Shown here: piece by piece, positions 58,125 through 64,000 of the stretch
Layout: every line of letters starts with the position of its first letter
Numbering within the stretch: position 1 is the stretch's first letter
From: Chloroflexia bacterium SDU3-3
GTDB lineage: Bacteria; Chloroflexota; Chloroflexia; Chloroflexales; Roseiflexaceae
Direction of reading: 5' to 3'
Assembly: GCA_009268125.1 (NCBI GenBank)
Contig: WBOU01000004.1
Coordinates: forward strand, 148,494 to 212,493
Length of the DNA stretch: 64,000 nt
Made by a program: the position numbers and the translations under genes
Notes under the pieces: generated by a model
What the model saw: the letters and a program-made list of their open reading frames with translations, nothing else
What the model was told of the DNA's origin: nothing
Databases searched by the model: none

Positions 58125-60230
58125 CTACGCCGCGCCCACCTCGCGGGCCAGGGGCTGCGCCGCCCGCGCCGCCTGCGCGGGCAGGATGGCGTTGGCCGCC
58201 ATCACCCCGGCGATCACCGCCGCCTCCACCCCGCCGCCCATCACACCCGACCCGGCCAGGTACAGTCGCTCCACCGGCGTCGTCACCGTCATGCGGCCCT
58301 GGCCCTCGGCGGGGCCGTAGATGCTGCCGCCGCTGGCCCAGGCGTAGCGCATAAACGTGCTGGGCGAGCCTTCCTGCCGATACACGATGTGCTGCGAGAG
58401 GCCAGGGATGGCCTGCTCGGCCCGCGCGATCAGCTCGTCGGCGAAGGCGCGCTTACGCTGGCTGTAGCCAGCCTCGCTGCGCTCCCAGCGCTCGACCTCC
58501 TCCTGCGGCAGCAGGCGGATGAGCGTGATGGCCGAGTGGCCTGCGGGCGCAAGGCTAGGGTCGATCTTCGAGGGCACCATGATGCCCACGCCCTGGGTCA
58601 TGGTGATCGAGGCGATCTCGGGCACCATATCCACGCCGAGGAAGACCATAAACGCCGAGGTGGATGGCCGCAGCGCCGCGATCCGCTCGGCGAACGCATG
58701 CGGCAGATGCTCGCTCCCCACCAGCTCGCCGAAGGTCTTCTGCACGTCGGCGTTGGAGATCACCGCCGTGGCGCGCTCCACTGTGCCGTCGGCCAGCTCC
58801 ACGCCAGTGGCGCGGCCACCCTCCACCAGCACGCGCCGCACCGGCGTGCGCAGCCGCACGCTGCCGCCGTGCTGCTCGATCACCTCCACCAGCGCGTCGG
58901 CCAGCTGCTGCGAGCCGCCCACGGGGTAGAAGCCGCCATCAAAGTAGTAGCCGAAAATCGGGGCCATATGGCGCACCTTCAGCGCGCCCTCGTCGTCGCT
59001 CAGGTAGCCGGTCAGCGCGCTGAACACCCGCTTCAGCTTGGCATCGCTGAAAAAGGCATCCAGCATCTCGCTAAACGGGCGCTCCATCCAGCGGTAGGCG
59101 TGCGGGTGAGCCTTGGGGTAGGCCAGCATATCATCCACTGTGGTGGGGTCGCCCGGCACGCCGCCGGTCTTCTCGATGTCGGCGTACATCTCGCGGTAGA
59201 CCAGCTCCATCTCGCTGAAGAAGCGCGTGATGTTCTCGGCCTCGGCGGGGAAGTGCTGGCCGAGCAGCTTGGCGAACTCGCCCGCGTCGTCGGGGATCTT
59301 CAGGTGCAGGTCGCCCAGAAAGTACTCCTGGCTGTTGCGCACCCACGCTAGGCGATCCTCGATTTCGAGCATCCGCAGCAGGCTGCGCACACCGCCGCGC
59401 TCGCCCAGGCCGCTCACATCGTGCACGCCCGCGTCGAACACATAGCGCAGCCGCTCGTCGCCACGCCGCACCCCGCGCTCCCATGAGGTGCAGTAGCCGC
59501 CAGCTAGGAAGTGGTGCTCGTAGACCGCCACGCGCAGGCCGCGCTTGGCCAGCAGCGCCGCCGCCGAAAGCCCGCCCAGGCCCGCGCCGATCACGGCCAC
59601 ATCGGCCTGGCCCTCGGTGGCGCTGGGCGCGAAGCTGGGCGCAGGCCAGGGGTAGGGGTTCTGCGCATCCAGGTGCCGCTGCATGCTGCGCCGCGTGGCG
59701 ATCGCCGGGTAGCGGCTGGAGAAGGCCAGACCCGCCACCAGGCCCACCATCGGGATGACCATGTTGGTCAGCAGCTGGTAGCCGCTGGGTAGCAGCTCGC
59801 CCGCCAGCGCCACCGCCGCGCTGCCCGCGAAGATGCCGCCCCACACCGCCGTGATCCGGCGGTTGATCGCGCGAAACAGCGGGTTATTCCACAGCGACTT
59901 GTCCCAGCTGTCGCGGGCGTACTCGTAGGTGAAGGGCGAGCCAGCCGCCAGGCTGCCCCAGGCCATCAGCGCCAGCACGCCGTTGTTCACCACCGCGCCG
60001 TGCTCCTTCAGGAAGGGCAGGCCCAGCGCCAGCGTGACCACCGCATGCACGCAGAAGTAGCCCAGCGTGATCAGCTCCATGGTCTTGGGCGACTGCCCGC
60101 GTGCCCTGCGCCAGCCCACCAGCGCCGCCGCCGCCAGCGCGCCGCCCACCAGCGCCACACCCCACATCCCAAAGCCCGAGCAGACCCAAAAGATGATCCA
60201 GGGCAGAAAGCCCACAAATGCCTGTCCCAT
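58125..60230 (-). CDS. FAD-dependent oxidoreductase of the phytoene desaturase (CrtI) family fused to an N-terminal membrane domain of about 190 aa
   Basis: Rossmann motif DVAVIGAGLGGLSAAALLA...VYEHHFLAGG, CrtI-like C-terminus, preceded by about 5 TM helices. Confidence 0.7.
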   Translation of the reverse strand: MGQAFVGFLPWIIFWVCSGFGMWGVALVGGALAAAALVGWRRARGQSPKTMELITLGYFCVHAVVTLALGLPFLKEHGAVVNNGVLALMAWGSLAAGSPFTYEYARDSWDKSLWNNPLFRAINRRITAVWGGIFAGSAAVALAGELLPSGYQLLTNMVIPMVGLVAGLAFSSRYPAIATRRSMQRHLDAQNPYPWPAPSFAPSATEGQADVAVIGAGLGGLSAAALLAKRGLRVAVYEHHFLAGGYCTSWERGVRRGDERLRYVFDAGVHDVSGLGERGGVRSLLRMLEIEDRLAWVRNSQEYFLGDLHLKIPDDAGEFAKLLGQHFPAEAENITRFFSEMELVYREMYADIEKTGGVPGDPTTVDDMLAYPKAHPHAYRWMERPFSEMLDAFFSDAKLKRVFSALTGYLSDDEGALKVRHMAPIFGYYFDGGFYPVGGSQQLADALVEVIEQHGGSVRLRTPVRRVLVEGGRATGVELADGTVERATAVISNADVQKTFGELVGSEHLPHAFAERIAALRPSTSAFMVFLGVDMVPEIASITMTQGVGIMVPSKIDPSLAPAGHSAITLIRLLPQEEVERWERSEAGYSQRKRAFADELIARAEQAIPGLSQHIVYRQEGSPSTFMRYAWASGGSIYGPAEGQGRMTVTTPVERLYLAGSGVMGGGVEAAVIAGVMAANAILPAQAARAAQPLAREVGAA

Positions 60231-60267
60231 ATCAACCTTCTTGTATTATGTCTACTTATAATTCCGG

Positions 60268-60822
60268 CTAATCGATCGGCGGCAGGCTCAGCACACGCGC
60301 GATCGTCTCATCAAGCCACACGATCTCGTCCTGATAGCTGCGGATGCCATAGTCCAAGGTGATCTGCCAGAGCGTGCGGATGCGCTCGGGCACATCGCTA
60401 GCATTCGCATCCAGGTAGCTCTGGCCGCTGGTCTGGTAGGTATGGATGCGCTCGCGCATCATATCGCGCCGCGCCTCCAGCACCCTGGCGATCTCCTCGT
60501 TCTGCAGGCCGTGCGCGAAAAAGATCTGGATGAGCCAGGCCGATCGCACCGGCTCGGGGCGCAGCGGGGTGGAGAGCCAAGTGCGCAGCTCGGCCCGCCC
60601 AGCCTCGGTGATGTGGTACTCCTTGCGGTTTGGCAGGTCATCCTGCTGCACCAGCTCTTTCTGTACCCAACCCTTGGCCTCAAGCTCGCCAAGCGCCTTG
60701 TAGATATGGCTTTGGGTTGCAGTCCAAAAGTGCGCAACTGAATTATCGAAAAATTTCTTCAGGTCATAGCCCGTCATCGGGCTGTAGCCAAGAAAGGCGA
60801 GGATCGCATGTTCGAGCGGCAT
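60268..60822 (-). CDS. PadR-family transcriptional regulator
   Basis: MPLEHAILAFLGYSPMTGYDLKKFF...IYKALGELEAKGWV is a PadR winged-helix domain. Confidence 0.8.
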   Translation of the reverse strand: MPLEHAILAFLGYSPMTGYDLKKFFDNSVAHFWTATQSHIYKALGELEAKGWVQKELVQQDDLPNRKEYHITEAGRAELRTWLSTPLRPEPVRSAWLIQIFFAHGLQNEEIARVLEARRDMMRERIHTYQTSGQSYLDANASDVPERIRTLWQITLDYGIRSYQDEIVWLDETIARVLSLPPID

Positions 60823-60825
60823 TGC

Positions 60826-60875
60826 TATACCTCCATGAGAGTATATCTACATAGACATACTCTCATGGAGGTATA
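60826..60875. promoter_or_regulatory. perfect 19-20-bp inverted repeat immediately upstream of PadR (candidate operator)
   Basis: tatacctccatgagagtata-(10 bp)-tatactctcatggaggtata. Confidence 0.45.
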
Positions 60876-61012
60876 CATTTGTCAAGAGGGAATGTAAATG
60901 GAGTGCTCAGGTACTCTGAGGGCAGGTAACCCAAGCGAGCACAGCCAGAGCGGGGGTGCTATAATGCCCGCGCGGTTGCCATTTCTCAACCAAGAGGAAA
61001 GAGGGAACAACC

Positions 61013-61366
61013 ATGCCACGCGCTCTGCGGGTGCTGACCCAAAGCCTGCTGCTGACGTGCCCGGCCTGCCAGCACGGCAATATGTTCCGCTCGGGGTTTC
61101 GAATGAATGTGCGCTGCCCGGTGTGCCACGTGGTGTTCGAGCGCGACAGCGGCGAGCTGACTGGCGGGCTGGCGATCAACGCCACGCTGACCATGGCCAT
61201 CGCCATGGTGGGCGCGGGCTTCGCCTTCAGCCCCGAGGTGCCGATCATCCCGCTGGTATTGCTGCTGGCGGGGATTGTGGTGCTGTTCCCGCTGGTGTTC
61301 TACCGTCACGCGCGCGGGCTATGGGTGGGGATCCTCTACCTCACGGGGTCGATGTTCGAGGACTAG
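61013..61366 (+). CDS. DUF983-like zinc-ribbon membrane protein
   Basis: CPACQHG...CPVCH zinc ribbon followed by 2 TM helices. Confidence 0.5.
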   Translation: MPRALRVLTQSLLLTCPACQHGNMFRSGFRMNVRCPVCHVVFERDSGELTGGLAINATLTMAIAMVGAGFAFSPEVPIIPLVLLLAGIVVLFPLVFYRHARGLWVGILYLTGSMFED

Positions 61367-62193
61367 GGCGCGGCCTCGGCGAAGAGCGGCAGCAGCGCAT
61401 CGGTCGGGGCGTGCTCGAAGCGCACCTCGGCAAACAGCCGCCGCAGCGCCGCCACCTGATCAGCCAGGGGCTGCTGCTCAGGCTGCCGCACCTTCCACTC
61501 GCCCCGGCCCTGCTTGACGATCAGCTCGTAGTTCGAGCGCACCACCAGCGTGTGGTCCGCCGCACCCGGCATAGCCCCAGCCGCATCTAGCGCGGCCACC
61601 AGGGCCTGGTAGATCGCGGTGGGCTGGGTGACGCCGCGCGCCACCGGCTGCGCCCCGCTGCGGCGCTCGGCACCGGCCTGCACCAGCCACTGCACCGGCC
61701 TGCCTGCGGCGGGCGAGAGCAGCGCCAGCACCCACGCCCCAGTAGGCGCGGCCTCGGGGCGGGCCGATTCAGCGCGCTGATAGGCGCGGGCGGCGGCCTG
61801 GTTGGCGGCCTCGTTCACGCGCTCGTTGCGCAGGTCGCCGCTGTGGCCGCGCACCCACTGGCCATGGATGCTATGCACCCGCGACAGCGCCAGCAGGCGC
61901 GCCCACAGCTCGCGGTTCTTCTCGGGCAGGCCTGCGCCCGCCCGCAGCCGCTCAAGCCCCTGCAGCACATACTGCGAGTCGGCCCGCAGCATCACCGCGC
62001 AGGGCTTCTTCAGCACATCTAGCCCGCCGATCACCGCGCGCAGCTCCATGGCATTGTTGGTGGTGGGCATCGGCTCCTCGCCCACCACCAGCTTCTCCTT
62101 GCCATTGGCCTCAAGCAGGGCGGCCCAGCCGCCAGGGCCGGGGTTGCCGCGCGCGGCACCGTCGGTGGTCAGGGTCACAGTGGGTAGTGGCAT
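61363..62193 (-). CDS. rnhA: ribonuclease HI with a C-terminal extension of about 130 aa
   Basis: TDGAARGNPGPGGWAALL...NNAMELRAVIGGL...VRGHSGDLRNERVNEAANQAA, then an unassigned C-terminal domain. Stop overlaps the neighbouring start. Confidence 0.75.
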   Translation of the reverse strand: MPLPTVTLTTDGAARGNPGPGGWAALLEANGKEKLVVGEEPMPTTNNAMELRAVIGGLDVLKKPCAVMLRADSQYVLQGLERLRAGAGLPEKNRELWARLLALSRVHSIHGQWVRGHSGDLRNERVNEAANQAAARAYQRAESARPEAAPTGAWVLALLSPAAGRPVQWLVQAGAERRSGAQPVARGVTQPTAIYQALVAALDAAGAMPGAADHTLVVRSNYELIVKQGRGEWKVRQPEQQPLADQVAALRRLFAEVRFEHAPTDALLPLFAEAAP

Positions 62194-62226
62194 GCGGTAT
62201 CTCGCTCCTCCGCTCTCCTCAGCCTG

Positions 62227-63366
62227 CTAGCGCTCGGTAAGCGGCACCACGGTGCGCGGCTCGGGGCCGGAGTACTCGGCCTTGGGTCGGATCAGCCGGT
62301 TCTCGATGATCTGCTCGCGGATGTGGGCGGTCCACCCGGCGATCCGGCTCATCGCGAAGGCGCATGTGAACAGATCCAGCGGGAAGCCCAGGGCGTAGAG
62401 CAGCGGCGCGCTGTAGAACTCCACATTGGGCGAGAGCTGGCGCTTGGTGAAGTGGGGGTGGGTGGCGATCACCTTGGCCACGGCGTCGGCCACGGCCTGC
62501 CACTGCGCGCCCTGGCCGTGGGCGGCCAGCGCGGCCACCTGGCCGCTCAGGTGGCGCACACGGGGGTCTTCGACCTTGTAGAGCCGGTGGCCCACGCCCA
62601 TCAGGCGCTCGTGGCGCTCGATCAGGCCATCCACATAGGCCGCAGCGTTCTCAGGTGCGCCGATGGCCAAAAAGGTCTCCATCGCCTCCTGGTTCGCGCC
62701 GCCGTGCAGCGCGCCGCGCAGCGTGGCGATCGCCGCCACCATGCCGTCGCCCACCGTCGAGTGCGCGCTGATCGCCACACGGGCCGCGAAGGTGGAGGCG
62801 TTCAGGCTGTGCTCGGCCAGCAGCACCATGTAGGTGTTGAGCGCCTGGGTGGCCGCCGGGGTCGGGCGCTCGCCATGCAGCATCCACAGCACGTTCTCGG
62901 CGTGGCCAAACGAGAGGTCGGCGGGCACGGGCGGCAGGCCGCTGCGGGCGCGATGCCAGGCCGCGATCAGGCCTGGCATCTTGGCCGCGATGATCATGCC
63001 CAGCTGGGTCGCGCCCTCGGTGGTGAAGGGGAACTTGGGCAGACGCTGCACCAGCGCCGAGACCAGGGTGCGCAGCGCATCCATGCCGTGCCCTTGGGAA
63101 GGGATACCATAAACCGTGGCCAGATCCACCGCGTCGAGCGTGCGCAGCGCGGCCAGCTCGGTGCTGAACGCCGTCAGCTGCGCGGGGGTCGGCAGATCGC
63201 CGTTCAGCAGCAGGTAGAAAACCTCTTCGAAGCTCACGCGCTCGGCCAGATCGTGGATGCTGTACCCGGCGTAGCTCAGCTTCCCCGCCACCCCGTCGAT
63301 CGCGCTCAGCGCGGTGCGGGCCACCACCACATTTTCAAGCCCCTGTGGTGCTGTAACTGCTCCCAT
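62227..63366 (-). CDS. citrate synthase (or 2-methylcitrate synthase) family enzyme
   Basis: Signature MGVGHRLYKVEDPRV plus a conserved His/Asp catalytic context. Start at the internal ATG with RBS AAAGGAG. Confidence 0.8.
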   Translation of the reverse strand: MGAVTAPQGLENVVVARTALSAIDGVAGKLSYAGYSIHDLAERVSFEEVFYLLLNGDLPTPAQLTAFSTELAALRTLDAVDLATVYGIPSQGHGMDALRTLVSALVQRLPKFPFTTEGATQLGMIIAAKMPGLIAAWHRARSGLPPVPADLSFGHAENVLWMLHGERPTPAATQALNTYMVLLAEHSLNASTFAARVAISAHSTVGDGMVAAIATLRGALHGGANQEAMETFLAIGAPENAAAYVDGLIERHERLMGVGHRLYKVEDPRVRHLSGQVAALAAHGQGAQWQAVADAVAKVIATHPHFTKRQLSPNVEFYSAPLLYALGFPLDLFTCAFAMSRIAGWTAHIREQIIENRLIRPKAEYSGPEPRTVVPLTER

Positions 63367-63498
63367 AGTCCCTGCTCCTTTTTCGCGCCGCATGGGCGCA
63401 GCAAGATGGCCAGAAGGAACGCTTTAGAGAAAACCAGCGGTGGGAATCCAGAGGCGGCGCTGCCTCGTCCTGCTGAGCATAGCATGGCCGATTTGCAT

Positions 63499-63558
63499 TG
63501 TCAATATATGTTGATTTACATCGATTTATATTGACAGGACCAGAGCGATTGCTATACT
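63499..63558 (+). promoter_or_regulatory. strong sigma70-like promoter with a 10-bp inverted repeat
   Basis: TGTCAATATA...TATATTGACA inverted repeat. -35 TTGACA, 16-bp spacer, -10 TATACT. RBS GGAGG. Confidence 0.45.
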
Positions 63559-63574
63559 AAGGGCAGGAGGTGTT

Positions 63575-63877
63575 ATGCAACTAATTGAAGACGAAGAATA
63601 CGTCGATATCAATGAAGCTGTCGCACTGCTGGGTGTAAAGAAGGCGACCATCTACACCTATGTGAGCCGGGGGGTGCTGCAGTCCTACCGCCAGCCGGTG
63701 GGGCGGCGGCGGCTCTACCGCCGGGCCGATATCGACGCGCTCTGCACGATCCAGCCCGACGCCAAGCTCGAGCGCCAGCCCGATGCCAGCGCCAGCGCAG
63801 GCCCCACACCGTCAAACGATGGCGTGTTCCGCAATGTGCATCTGCCCGATGTGGCCAGCTGGGCTGGCGACCACTAG
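63575..63877 (+). CDS. excisionase/AlpA-like (MerR-type) HTH DNA-binding protein
   Basis: EEYVDINEAVALLGVKKATIYTYVSRGVLQSYR...RLYRRADIDAL matches the excisionase-family HTH. Confidence 0.55.
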   Translation: MQLIEDEEYVDINEAVALLGVKKATIYTYVSRGVLQSYRQPVGRRRLYRRADIDALCTIQPDAKLERQPDASASAGPTPSNDGVFRNVHLPDVASWAGDH

Positions 63878-63880
63878 TGG

Positions 63881-64000
63881 CTATTTCTTCGGCTCATCCA
63901 CCAGCGTCAGCAGCAGCTGGCGCAGCTGGGCAAGCCGCGTATCCATATGATCGGGGTAGAGGTAGAGATCGCCGTGGATGCGATCGAGGGTGCGGTGAAA
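63881..64000 (-). CDS. partial CDS (C-terminus only), unknown product
   Basis: Minus-strand frame reads ...LAQLRQLLLTLVDEPKK then TAG at 63881-63883. Continues beyond the window. Confidence 0.3.
   Translation of the reverse strand, partial: FHRTLDRIHGDLYLYPDHMDTRLAQLRQLLLTLVDEPKK

Overview
High-GC (about 65-70%) bacterial chromosomal window with Chloroflexi-like gene content, densely coded on both strands. Core genes in order: partial atpB, a two-component pair, infC-rpmI-rplT, a TrmH-family methyltransferase, a T-box-controlled pheS / GT-C glycosyltransferase / pheT block, rel, an oppABCDF-type peptide ABC transporter, two LacI-family regulators, PBP1A, a secreted GH5 hydrolase, flotillin, a fructose PTS cluster (fruR / fruA-fruB-fruK), an M23 peptidase, MFS and GH3 sugar-use genes, birA, aroC, an amidohydrolase, tRNA-Val(GAC), a CrtI-like oxidoreductase with a PadR regulator, RNase H and citrate synthase. 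The most unusual locus is an IS200/IS605-family element at about 33.2-36.1 kb with divergent tnpA and tnpB. Each transposase gene is translationally coupled to an extra gene. A small XRE-type HTH gene overlaps the tnpB start (ATGA) and sits behind a 41-bp palindromic operator in an AT-rich divergent promoter. A no-Met ORF whose TGA overlaps the tnpA GTG start has an in-frame amber codon joining it to an upstream RBS-preceded mini-ORF. Hairpins at both element ends share the loop 8-mer GCATTCAG, and the tnpB 3' region is a candidate omega-RNA. Non-coding structure is rich. There are two unrelated 21-bp minisatellite arrays (inside the opp operon and upstream of birA), a dispersed MITE-like intergenic repeat family (core CTTGGTGGTAAAA plus GAACGAGAACGCATAG termini, at least 6 copies), and a pair of about 165-bp repeats, one of them next to the IS. 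There are also a T-box riboswitch and several palindromic operators. No CRISPR array and no rRNA were found. All calls rest on reading the sequence and translating the ORFs by eye; no homology searches were run.
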